Shown piece by piece: positions 7,436-15,977 of a DNA stretch of 31,501 bases (position 1 is the first letter of the stretch; every line of letters begins with the position of its first letter). Made by a program: the position numbers and the translations under genes. Source of the stretch: Candidatus Shapirobacteria bacterium CG10_big_fil_rev_8_21_14_0_10_48_15 (lineage in GTDB: Bacteria; Patescibacteriota; Microgenomatia; PFEM01); assembly GCA_002793635.1 (NCBI GenBank), contig PFEM01000036.1:1-31501 (forward strand). The letters run 5' to 3'. The notes below the pieces were generated by a model, which was given only the letters and a program-made list of their open reading frames with translations, was not told the origin of the DNA and did not search any database.

Positions 7436-10312
7436 TTATCGCCACGCTTCGCAGATCAATTTGAAGTCGCAAAAGCGGCACCAAATCCCCGGGTTAGGCT
7501 TAAAGTCGCTGTGATTAATTTGCTCAGCAATTTCAATAATCGCTTGTTTGTCTTTTTCTAATTGAGCGGCCGTCCGTTGCGTCGACTTCTTCTCGCCGGT
7601 TTGCAAAAAGTAAAAACTCAAAATGACGTCCTCCGGCGGCTGGTTGTAAATTCCCTGATCGGTAACGGCTAAGGCGTAGATCGTCATCTGCAGACTGCGG
7701 TCAACTCGCTTTTGCTCCCAGGCCCGACCAGTTTTATAATCAATAATTTCCAATTTGCCACCCTGACGGTCAACCCGATCCAAACGACCCCCCACCTTCA
7801 GATCCGCCGCGACCCTAATGGCAAACCCCTGTTCCAAAGCCAACGGCAAATTTTGCGGGTCATATTCTTGCTGGTAAAATTTCTTCAGCATTTTTGCTCC
7901 CCGATTGCGCGTCTTGCGCTCGTGATCGGCGTTCGTAAGGCCGGCCGTAGACCAATTTTTGGCAAACAACACCAGCAAATCCTGCTCGGTCGGCTGGCTA
8001 CCCTGTTTGGCTTGCTGATAAAAATCCCGCAACGTGTTGTGCATGGTCGTCCCAAAAGTGAGCGTTGCCGACGGCAGAGTCGGAATCCGTTGCCAATAGC
8101 GATAACGGTACTGCAGCGGGCAGGTGGCAAAAACGTCGATCTGGGAAAAAGAAAGAAAATTAACTGCCGGCTGATCACTGACGACTAATGATTGTTTTTC
8201 TTCCTGGGGTTTTTGATAATCGAAAAAAGTTAATTGTTGGCTTTGACCTTGAATTTGCTTCTGGCTAATGATTTTTTCTCCCAAAGTTTCAGCAACAAAA
8301 GGAGAGAGCTTGATTTTGCGCCGGCCCTCACCGTAATAATCAGCGGCGGTTAGCCAAAGCCGGTTTCGGGCACGGGTCAACCCCACATAAAACAACCGCC
8401 GTTCTTCCTGCAAATGATAATCACCTTCCGGCAGAATCTCTTTAATCAGCTCATCAGGAATAGGGATTTGTTCCTGCCGTTCCCTGGTAGGAAAACGACC
8501 ACTAACTAAATTAACCAAAAAAACCACCGGAAATTCCAAACCCTTGGCAGAATGAATGGTCAACAGATTAACTTTATTTTCCGCTACCCAGTCAGTCGTA
8601 CCGGCCAATGGCGATTCGCCTCTTTCCATCGCCAGACTAATCCAGGCCACCGTTGCCTGAACTGACGCGTCTTCATGAGCTGCCTCGTAGGACTTCAGCC
8701 GGTCAAACAGTTTGGCAATGTTTTGCGCCTGCTTTTCCTGGGCCACCGTTTTATAATCTGTCAATTGCTCCAATAAACCCGAATCCTGCAAAAAATAATA
8801 AAGAATCTGACCGGCCGTTTCTTTGACCAGTAAATCCAAATGCCGGTGGACCATCTGCACAAATTTTTTAATTTTTTCTCTAGCTTCCTGATTCAAAAAA
8901 ACTTGGTCCGCTTGTTCACAGGCTTCAAAAAAAGCCATGTTTTGGCGCCGGGCGAAGTTACTGATCGCGGCCAGATCGCGGCCGGAAAGACCAAAAACGC
9001 CCATGGACAGCACCCGATACACTGCTGGCCCGTCCTCAAAATTATCCAGGAGTTTCAGATAAGCGATCAGGTCTTTGACCTCCGGCTGGCGAAACAATTG
9101 GCCCGGCCCTAAAAACTGGTAGGGAATCCCCGCCCGCGACAGCGCCCGGGTAAAAGCCTCAGCATGATTATTGGCCCGAACTAAAAGGGCAATATCCTGA
9201 TACTGATACTTTTTTTTGGTCAAGCCGCTAATTTTTTTGGCCACCGCCTCCGCTTCGTCTTCCAACCGACCAGTCAAAATCAACTTAATCGGCTGGCCAA
9301 CCACCTGACGGGCTGAAACCAATTTTTTATTAATCTTTTCCTTAACTTCCAAACGATCCGGATTATTGTGCTGAATCAGCTGGTAAGCTCGATCCAAAAT
9401 TTCTTGGGTGGAGCGATAGTTTTGCGTCAGGGTGATTAATTTAGCTTTGGGAAAATTACGACGAAACTGGATGACATTGGCAGTAGCTGCTCCTCTCCAA
9501 CGATAAATTGCCTGGTCATCATCCGCCACAACTGTTAAGTTGGCCTGTTTGCCCGCCAGAAGCCGGACCAGCTCATTTTGGGCGATGTTGGTATCTTGAA
9601 ACTCGTCGATCAGCAAGTATTTAAACTTCTGTTGATATTGCCGCAAAATATTAGGTCTGGTGCGAAACAGTTGCAAAACCCGAGTAATCAGATCGCCAAA
9701 GTCCATGACATCCTTTTGCGTTTTTAATTCCTCATAGGTTTGGTAAGCGGTCGCTAATTCCAGATATTTCTTTTGGTTATCAGTTCCTAGTTGTAAGCTA
9801 TTGGCCTTTACCCAGTGAACATATTCGCTGGGCTGGATGTCTTCATCTTTCAGTCGGGAGAAATGCTGCAACAGGCCCTCAACAAATTGGGTCGGATTGC
9901 CAAGTGGCCGGTAATAACCAAGCTTGAATTTAAACAAATGATTGATCAAAAATTGGGTGGTTTCTGCGCCGCCCATCAGCTGGTAATTGGCGTTGAGGCC
10001 AATTTGCAGGGCTTCTTGACGCAAAACCCGATCGCAAAAAGAGTGAAAGGTGCTAATCCACATGTCCGTATAGCCGTAAGGCATCGCCAAATCGACCCGC
10101 TCCTCCATTTCCCCGGCGGCTTTATCCGTAAAAGTGAGTGCCAAAATTTCGGCTGGCTTGAGTTTTTTGCTGACAATCAGGTATTTAATTCTTTCGGTGA
10201 TGACCGTGGTTTTACCGGTACCGGCGCCGGCAATCACCAGTAACGGTCCCTGACCATAACGCACCGCCGCCCGCTGCTGCGGATTGAGCTTTTTTAATTG
10301 GTTTTTATTCAT
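7436..10312 (-). CDS. UvrD-type helicase fused to a C-terminal PD-(D/E)XK nuclease with four Cys (AdnA/AdnB/AddA-like)
   Basis: AGAGTGKT, TFTDKAA, STFHSF, IDEFQDTN, TIHSAKGLEF, EERRLFYVGLTRA; C-terminal FSQIDVFATCPLQY, GRLDRVD, IIDYKTG, CRFCDFKLIC. Confidence 0.92.
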   Translation of the reverse strand: MNKNQLKKLNPQQRAAVRYGQGPLLVIAGAGTGKTTVITERIKYLIVSKKLKPAEILALTFTDKAAGEMEERVDLAMPYGYTDMWISTFHSFCDRVLRQEALQIGLNANYQLMGGAETTQFLINHLFKFKLGYYRPLGNPTQFVEGLLQHFSRLKDEDIQPSEYVHWVKANSLQLGTDNQKKYLELATAYQTYEELKTQKDVMDFGDLITRVLQLFRTRPNILRQYQQKFKYLLIDEFQDTNIAQNELVRLLAGKQANLTVVADDDQAIYRWRGAATANVIQFRRNFPKAKLITLTQNYRSTQEILDRAYQLIQHNNPDRLEVKEKINKKLVSARQVVGQPIKLILTGRLEDEAEAVAKKISGLTKKKYQYQDIALLVRANNHAEAFTRALSRAGIPYQFLGPGQLFRQPEVKDLIAYLKLLDNFEDGPAVYRVLSMGVFGLSGRDLAAISNFARRQNMAFFEACEQADQVFLNQEAREKIKKFVQMVHRHLDLLVKETAGQILYYFLQDSGLLEQLTDYKTVAQEKQAQNIAKLFDRLKSYEAAHEDASVQATVAWISLAMERGESPLAGTTDWVAENKVNLLTIHSAKGLEFPVVFLVNLVSGRFPTRERQEQIPIPDELIKEILPEGDYHLQEERRLFYVGLTRARNRLWLTAADYYGEGRRKIKLSPFVAETLGEKIISQKQIQGQSQQLTFFDYQKPQEEKQSLVVSDQPAVNFLSFSQIDVFATCPLQYRYRYWQRIPTLPSATLTFGTTMHNTLRDFYQQAKQGSQPTEQDLLVLFAKNWSTAGLTNADHERKTRNRGAKMLKKFYQQEYDPQNLPLALEQGFAIRVAADLKVGGRLDRVDRQGGKLEIIDYKTGRAWEQKRVDRSLQMTIYALAVTDQGIYNQPPEDVILSFYFLQTGEKKSTQRTAAQLEKDKQAIIEIAEQINHSDFKPNPGIWCRFCDFKLICEAWR
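8164..8194 (-). repeat. Degenerate 7-bp tandem repeat in the helicase-nuclease linker
   Basis: Plus strand CTGCCGG CTGATCA CTGACGA CTAATGA TTG; encodes QSLVVSDQPA. Confidence 0.6.
9776..9803 (+). repeat. Degenerate 7-bp tandem repeat in the helicase domain
   Basis: GTTATCA GTTCCTA GTTGTAA GCTATTG; the minus strand encodes ANSLQLGTDNQ. Confidence 0.6.
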
Positions 10313-11333
10313 GAAGGACTTTCCCGTCTTGCTTGGCCGGGGTCAGGGTTTGGACGGAAGTCAATTTTTGCCCCATCAGGGTAAATTCCTGATTGACATT
10401 GGCCATTTGGTTGTAGGAATTAGTGACGTGTCTACCCAAGACGCCCAGCGTGCCGGCCAGCTTTTGATAATCCTTTTGAATCGCCCGTAATAGCGAAAAA
10501 ACTTGACGCGATTGCTGCTCAATTTCTTTACCTTCAAAAGAAAGCATAATCACCTGTAAGTTGGCATACAACGTGTTGGGAGAAACCGGATAAACCCGCT
10601 TTTGGCGAGCATATTCCGTCAGCGGGAGATCATTAACCGCTTCATAGTAAATTGGTTCCGAAGGAATGTACATCAGGGCAAAATCCATCGTGCCCTCCTC
10701 AGGCAAAATATATTTGGCCGCAATATCATCAATATGCTTTTTAACATCCCGCGAGAAATCACGGTGAGCTGCTTTGCGCTCTTCTTCCGACTCGGCTGCC
10801 ATCATTTTTTGAAAATTTTCCGCCGGAAATTTGGAGTCAATCGGCAAAATGCCGGCATCCGTTTTGATCGCCGCGTCTACTTTGGCACCACTTTTAAAAG
10901 CGTATTGGAGAAAAAAACTGTTTTTGGGAAACATTTGCGAAATCAAATCCTTCAGCACTTGCTCCCCAATATTGCCCCGCAACTTGGGACTGCGCAGATA
11001 GTCTTGCAGTTGCTTCATGGACAAAGAAAGTTCCGTAAATTTCCCGGCTTCACGCTGGACTTGAGCCATCAGTCGGGCCGCATTATCCAAACGCTGATTA
11101 AGCTCTTGGTTACTTTTTTGCAAAGTGTCGTTGAGGTTTTTGTTACCGCTGCTTAGGGCCTGGTTTAACGTCTTGGTCGTGTTTTCCAAAGAGGTCTGCA
11201 TGGACTTGAGCCACGCGGTCAGGGTGTCATCCGGCTTTTGCTGGGCCAGCTTATTCAGCCGACGGTTAAGAAAATAAACGGCGGCGGCCACCACCACCAC
11301 CAGCAAAACGGCAATCAAATAAGGCTCGTTCAT
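10305..11333 (-). CDS. rmuC: DNA recombination protein RmuC; probable start at 11333 (MNEPY)
   Basis: N-terminal TM and coiled coil; RGNIGEQVL, IDSKFP, FALMYIPSEPIY, VYPVSPNTL. Extended -10 TGtTAGAAT (11344-11352) lies 10 nt before this ATG. Confidence 0.9.
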   Translation of the reverse strand: MNEPYLIAVLLVVVVAAAVYFLNRRLNKLAQQKPDDTLTAWLKSMQTSLENTTKTLNQALSSGNKNLNDTLQKSNQELNQRLDNAARLMAQVQREAGKFTELSLSMKQLQDYLRSPKLRGNIGEQVLKDLISQMFPKNSFFLQYAFKSGAKVDAAIKTDAGILPIDSKFPAENFQKMMAAESEEERKAAHRDFSRDVKKHIDDIAAKYILPEEGTMDFALMYIPSEPIYYEAVNDLPLTEYARQKRVYPVSPNTLYANLQVIMLSFEGKEIEQQSRQVFSLLRAIQKDYQKLAGTLGVLGRHVTNSYNQMANVNQEFTLMGQKLTSVQTLTPAKQDGKVLHE

Positions 11334-11374
11334 CGCGTCTTTAATTCTAACAAAGGCTGGGTTAAAATCAAAGC

Positions 11375-11704
11375 ATGCCGCAACGCCGCAAAAACTTTCT
11401 TCCCACGCTAATTTTAGCCATTTCATTTTGGGGAGTGGGGGGGTGGCTGGTTTGGTCACAACCGCCCAACAGTCATTTTTGGATTGGCTTGTTTTTGCTG
11501 ATGCTTTTTTTCGCCTTGTTTTTAACGGCGGCGCTCATTTTTAACCACTCTGGCCGGGGATTATTGCTGGCTTTATTTACCGTCAGCGCGCTTTTGCTGC
11601 GCCTTTTTCAAATCGGCCACCCGCTTAATTTGGCCATACTGGCGGCGATTTTTATTATTCTGGGCATTGCCTTGGCGAAAACCCCACCAAAAGCAAGCCG
11701 CTAG
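11375..11704 (+). CDS. Small 4-TM membrane protein
   Basis: Four hydrophobic segments with a basic N-terminus; TAAAAT 6 nt before the ATG. Confidence 0.75.
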   Translation: MPQRRKNFLPTLILAISFWGVGGWLVWSQPPNSHFWIGLFLLMLFFALFLTAALIFNHSGRGLLLALFTVSALLLRLFQIGHPLNLAILAAIFIILGIALAKTPPKASR

Positions 11705-14677
11705 AACCAAAAAGCCCAGATATTCCAACCCTTGCGGCCAGAAAAAAATCCAAGGCCGTTGGCCCTCATTGTTCAGCTCCCAACCATTGGCCCAATTATT
11801 AATCAGCACGTGTTTCAGCAATTTAGGCCCTCCGTCTTCCCAACCAAGGGCCAGCCAACCAGAGTCAAAACTTTGATCAAAAAACAAGCGCTTGTTTTTT
11901 TGATCAATGGGCGCTAGCCACTGATAGTCAACAGGAAAAATTTTGACCGCTTTCAGTTGGTTAACCGACGGGACTTGCCCAATTGAATAATTGCTAAGAT
12001 TCAAATCAAAACCTTTTTCGCCTGTTGACTGAGGTGGAATTAAAAAAAGCTGCGTTTTAAAATCAGCCCCCTCGTGTAATTTAATGTCCAAATCACAGCG
12101 TCTTGTCTGATAATTGGTTAGGCAAAAACGAATCGGTAAACCCTGGATATTCTTTGATTCCACTAACAATGCATAACCCTGATTATGTAGCAATTGGGGA
12201 TAGTAAAAGGTATCGCAAAGGTTACCGTTTTGCGAAAAATATTCAATATATTGATTATCATCAGCGCCGGTAATTTTTCTGAAGTACTTTTGCGGGGCAA
12301 TCCCACAGCTGGTATCTTGACGCTGAAGCACCGGCAAATTACCCAAGCTCCCTTCCTGCAAAAGACTTATTGCCTCTTCATTACTGTTTTGTTTATAAAA
12401 GGTCAAGCTGAGTTGGCGAACTTTAAGTTCTGTGTAAGCGTTGGCCACTAAGGAAAATTGCAGCTGATAATTTGCCGCACCACCAACTATTTCAAAAAAT
12501 GGATAATCATATCTCTGCGCTGCACACCGCCCCAAACGATTATCGAATAGGCAAAAGTTAGCATCGCCCTCTTTTAATAAATCAACTTTTAACCAAAGAT
12601 TTGCCTCGTTAAGGGGCAGGGGCAGCTGGAAAAGCGGTAATTTGACACAGGCATTTGCTGCTTGGGCCGAAAGTTTAAACCCCCTACCAGCATCAAGCAA
12701 ATCATAAGCAAAACTTTGGTCTAGCAAAATCGGGCCGCAATTCTCCGGAAAAAGAAAAAACTTCTCAAAATCTACCTTGATGACCTTTTCCGGTCGAGTT
12801 AATTGTAAAGCTGTTTTTGCCGGCAGCTGGCTAACGACCTTGTCGTAATTAGCCCCGACAATTTCCTCCGTAGACTGCAGATTATAAATCTTGTTATTTT
12901 GTAAATTACCTACCTTATAAATACTGATCTTGGGACCAAATTTTTTGGCCAGTTGAAACTCGTTTTGCTGACTCAAAATAACTTTAGTCTCCTCGAAAAG
13001 CAAAACTTTTTGGTCGTGGTTGGGGTCAAAAATATTTTCGTCCAGCAAGATCCAGTTAATATTATATTTTTGCACAAAAGACGAAAGCAAAGACGAATTT
13101 TGAGAATAAAGCGCGTAACTTAGCTCTCGATAGGCTTCCTGGTTATATTGGGACCAACGGTCAAACTCTCGATCCAAAAGAGGTTGCTTAAGACCAAACC
13201 ACAAAAAACCAGCGCCCTGGTAGCCCCAACCATAATAATTCCAACCCCACAAATCAGGCATCGGCAACTTCAAAATGCGACCGGCGGTTTGCTGATCAAA
13301 CCAGGCAAACATTTCAAAATACTCATTGGGAATTTTAATTCTCATTTGCGGACTAACTAAATAACCAGCAAAAGCCGGCCGCATGTAAAAAATCAAACTG
13401 CCGGTAATTATCGCCGCTACCAACAACGAAATTATTTTCCTTTTGGCAAATAGAACTCTAACTGCCTGACCGAAAAAAATTGCCTCTACAAAAATCAACA
13501 AAATTGAAAATTTAGTAAAAGGAAAGCGCAAAATTTCTCTTGCAAGAGACCAACGGCCGATAAGCCAACTGTAGATTGGTGACAGCAGGGGGTTCAGAAT
13601 CATCATGAAGAAAAACAAAAAAATAAAGACCGGCAGCCAAGAGACTAACACTACCTCTTTTTTAAACAGCGCCGTTGCCAAACCGACCGCCACTAACAAA
13701 AAAAATAGGTATCCCAAAAAAGACACCTCGGGATTATTAAGGTGAACTTGCCATGCACGTAAAAGTGGTCCAAACCCAACTTCTGGTTGGTAAACTTGCC
13801 AATTAAACAGGAAGCTTTTAAATAACGCTACCTCTGCCAAGCCGCTGAATTCCTGTCCCTGAGCAATCGCCTCATCGGTAAAAAGCTGGTGAATTTTAGA
13901 AGCTTCCACTTCCCCACTGTGTCGGCAAACATAGTAAAGATTCGGCCCGAGCCAAAAAAAATTAGTTACCAAAATGGCAAAAAACAGCAAAAAAATTCTT
14001 TTCCGCAAAAAAATCTTTTGAGGGGAAAAAATCAAAAAGCCAGCCAGATACAAAACAACGACTACTAAATAAACATAAAAAAGGGTGGCGGTGTGCGCCA
14101 TTGGTGCTGCCAAAAAGCTAACCAACCCGAAAAGCAGTAGACAATTTTTCTTCCCTGTTTGGATGAATTGAGTCATTAGTAAAAATAACCAGCCTAGGGC
14201 GGCGTACTGGGTGGCAAACATTTCCAAAGGGACAACAAAATGTTGTACTGTCCCCAAATTAAGGAGGTAAAAAAGTGCTCCCAAAAAGGCTGGTATGTTT
14301 TGCCGCCAAGCAACTTCTCTTTCAAAAACAATTTTTTTAAGAAAGGAATAAACTCCCAGAGGGCCCAAAAGCAGACAAACAAAAAAATAAAAATAGCGCA
14401 AAAAGGAGACGGGCAAAAGTAAAGAAGCCAGAAATAAAAAAATCAGCCGCGGCAATTCCGCAGCATGGGCTTGAGAAGCCGTTGCTCCCAAACCTTGATG
14501 CTCTTGCCAAGCACCGCTGATCGCCCGCCCAAAACCTAAAGAAAAGCTAAACTCCGGGTGAAGTGTGTCCCAACCGGTAAGCCACGTCCCGGGGGAATAA
14601 TTCCGCACGCAAATAATAATGGCTATTAGGGCAATTAAAGCCGGCCAAAAACTTGCCTTTTTGAAAATTTTCCTCAT
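11573..14677 (-). CDS. Large GT-C-type membrane protein (AftD/YfhO-like) with a big extracellular domain
   Basis: GWDTLHP early loop, about 12 TMs, WGYQGAGFLWF, LLDREFDRW, C-terminal HVLINNWANGW plus TM. The family assignment is a recalled resemblance. Confidence 0.65.
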   Translation of the reverse strand: MRKIFKKASFWPALIALIAIIICVRNYSPGTWLTGWDTLHPEFSFSLGFGRAISGAWQEHQGLGATASQAHAAELPRLIFLFLASLLLPVSFLRYFYFFVCLLLGPLGVYSFLKKIVFEREVAWRQNIPAFLGALFYLLNLGTVQHFVVPLEMFATQYAALGWLFLLMTQFIQTGKKNCLLLFGLVSFLAAPMAHTATLFYVYLVVVVLYLAGFLIFSPQKIFLRKRIFLLFFAILVTNFFWLGPNLYYVCRHSGEVEASKIHQLFTDEAIAQGQEFSGLAEVALFKSFLFNWQVYQPEVGFGPLLRAWQVHLNNPEVSFLGYLFFLLVAVGLATALFKKEVVLVSWLPVFIFLFFFMMILNPLLSPIYSWLIGRWSLAREILRFPFTKFSILLIFVEAIFFGQAVRVLFAKRKIISLLVAAIITGSLIFYMRPAFAGYLVSPQMRIKIPNEYFEMFAWFDQQTAGRILKLPMPDLWGWNYYGWGYQGAGFLWFGLKQPLLDREFDRWSQYNQEAYRELSYALYSQNSSLLSSFVQKYNINWILLDENIFDPNHDQKVLLFEETKVILSQQNEFQLAKKFGPKISIYKVGNLQNNKIYNLQSTEEIVGANYDKVVSQLPAKTALQLTRPEKVIKVDFEKFFLFPENCGPILLDQSFAYDLLDAGRGFKLSAQAANACVKLPLFQLPLPLNEANLWLKVDLLKEGDANFCLFDNRLGRCAAQRYDYPFFEIVGGAANYQLQFSLVANAYTELKVRQLSLTFYKQNSNEEAISLLQEGSLGNLPVLQRQDTSCGIAPQKYFRKITGADDNQYIEYFSQNGNLCDTFYYPQLLHNQGYALLVESKNIQGLPIRFCLTNYQTRRCDLDIKLHEGADFKTQLFLIPPQSTGEKGFDLNLSNYSIGQVPSVNQLKAVKIFPVDYQWLAPIDQKNKRLFFDQSFDSGWLALGWEDGGPKLLKHVLINNWANGWELNNEGQRPWIFFWPQGLEYLGFLVLAACFWWGFRQGNAQNNKNRRQYGQIKRVADLKKAQQKRADGK

Positions 14678-14736
14678 AAAGTTGTTTCATTTTTTGATTG
14701 TCCCAAAACACAAATTTCTTTTTGTTTTAAGACAAT

Positions 14737-14750
14737 CAGGCATCATCAAA
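14737..14750. repeat. Left arm of a 14-bp inverted repeat
   Basis: CAGGCATCATCAAA is the exact reverse complement of 15964-15977. Confidence 0.7.
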
Positions 14751-14771
14751 GCAACTCCATTTTCTCTGGCG

Positions 14772-14800
14772 AGAAAAGAAGACAGCCAAGGGCTGTTTTT
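14772..14800. terminator. Short, possibly bidirectional intrinsic terminator
   Basis: ACAGCC-AAG-GGCTGT with T-rich tracts on both strands. Confidence 0.5.
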
Positions 14801-14811
14801 CCTGATTGCTT

Positions 14812-14877
14812 GGTCGAGAGACCGCCGTAATGTTTTCTGTTCTTCACTGAACAGCACATCCTCGGCGGTCCCCGACC
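14812..14877 (-). other. 66-nt nested hairpin 3' of the 324-aa gene
   Basis: GGUCGGGGACCGCCG/CGGCGGUCUCUCGACC outer stem, AUGU/ACAU middle and CUGUUC/GAACAG inner stems; a G-U wobble favours the minus strand. Confidence 0.65.
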
Positions 14878-14891
14878 TTGACGTTTCGCAA

Positions 14892-15866
14892 CTACTCCGC
14901 GTTGGTCTTGACCAACGTCCATTTGGATAGGTCAGTAGCTTCGATCCTAAACTTCTGGTAGTAGTGAGTGCTCGCGTCGAAAAGCACAACATAAGTCGTT
15001 GAGCAACCCAACGCGCCACAATTTGTGGAGGATTGCGCCGCATCTTTCACTTGCGAACTGGCCTGCAGTTGCTGCAAAAACCAATTGCTAGACACGTAGG
15101 CGCCTGGTTGGAGCTTCGACCAGATCGCATGGCCAGCCCTAAAGCCGGTAACCTTCGCGGTCATATTCAGGTCCGTATCTACCAGACCATCGTCGATACG
15201 CCCGCGGATCACCACCAGATAGTTAGTCCCTGACATGGGCTCCATGGCCAGTAAGACATCGCCCAACTGGATGTTACCCTCTCCCATGGAGAAGTAAGCA
15301 AAACCACCTTCGGGAATGTTGGCCGAGTGTGTCATCTCAACGCTGGGAATGACCCACGCGGCACTGGCGTCCAGAATCCGGCCCGGTTCGGCGATCAGCC
15401 ACGCAGACTCTGGGTTGATGACCTTAACGGCCTTGACGGGCGTCCGAAAGAGCGAGCCAATCATCGGCAGCCCTACACCCACAGTCATGACCCCAGTGGT
15501 CGTCACCGGCGTCGTGGCTACCATGGATACGGAGCTAAACCCCATCAGCCGTGCCACTTCGGTCGCCACCACCTGGGCAACAGCGTCTTCAAATTGGGCT
15601 GTTGCGTCTGGCGTAGGCATTGGGGTAGCCGTTGGCGGGACCGGCGTCACCTCGACAACACGCGTGACTTCCTTCTCGACCTCAACAGCTTCCTTGGCCA
15701 CCCGTGTCACTTCGACCAGCTTCTCCTTGGTCACAACGACGGTTTGTTCGACGACCTTCTCCGGGATTGGCCTCGTCCAACCCGCAATGCCAACAGCAAC
15801 CAAAACCACCACGACGATGACAACAGCTCCCGAAACAAGCCACACAACCCACCTTGGAATATTCAT
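14892..15866 (-). CDS. Membrane-anchored secreted protein of unknown function with VEVTR repeats and a Pro/Thr linker
   Basis: SD AGGAGG; N-terminal TM; VVEQTVVVTKEKLVEVTRVAKEAVEVEKEVTRVVEVTPVPPTATPMPTP; C-terminal CGALGC pair. Confidence 0.85.
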   Translation of the reverse strand: MNIPRWVVWLVSGAVVIVVVVLVAVGIAGWTRPIPEKVVEQTVVVTKEKLVEVTRVAKEAVEVEKEVTRVVEVTPVPPTATPMPTPDATAQFEDAVAQVVATEVARLMGFSSVSMVATTPVTTTGVMTVGVGLPMIGSLFRTPVKAVKVINPESAWLIAEPGRILDASAAWVIPSVEMTHSANIPEGGFAYFSMGEGNIQLGDVLLAMEPMSGTNYLVVIRGRIDDGLVDTDLNMTAKVTGFRAGHAIWSKLQPGAYVSSNWFLQQLQASSQVKDAAQSSTNCGALGCSTTYVVLFDASTHYYQKFRIEATDLSKWTLVKTNAE

Positions 15867-15933
15867 GTTGCCTCCTGAATCGCAGTTAGACGTCTACCAA
15901 ACTATTCGGCAGATCGTCGGCGGGGAACGCTTT

Positions 15934-15957
15934 ATTATACTAAAGGAGAATTCTCCT
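15934..15957 (-). promoter_or_regulatory. -10 box TATAAT with a 14-bp perfect palindrome in the spacer
   Basis: ATTATA at 15934-15939 on plus; AGGAGAATTCTCCT at 15944-15957; -35 poor. Confidence 0.55.
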
Positions 15958-15963
15958 GTTATT

Positions 15964-15977
15964 TTTGATGATGCCTG
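15964..15977. repeat. Right arm of the 14-bp inverted repeat
   Basis: TTTGATGATGCCTG. Confidence 0.7.

Noticed and set aside
7696-7709. Single GTCAACTCG units (also near 31153-31161)
   Set aside because: Isolated units that encode conserved residues (RVDR in the nuclease, AVNS in PIN); explained by coding.
14687-15043. 118-aa minus-strand ORF
   Set aside because: Overlaps the 324-aa gene in another frame and runs through the hairpin and terminator region; no SD or motif.
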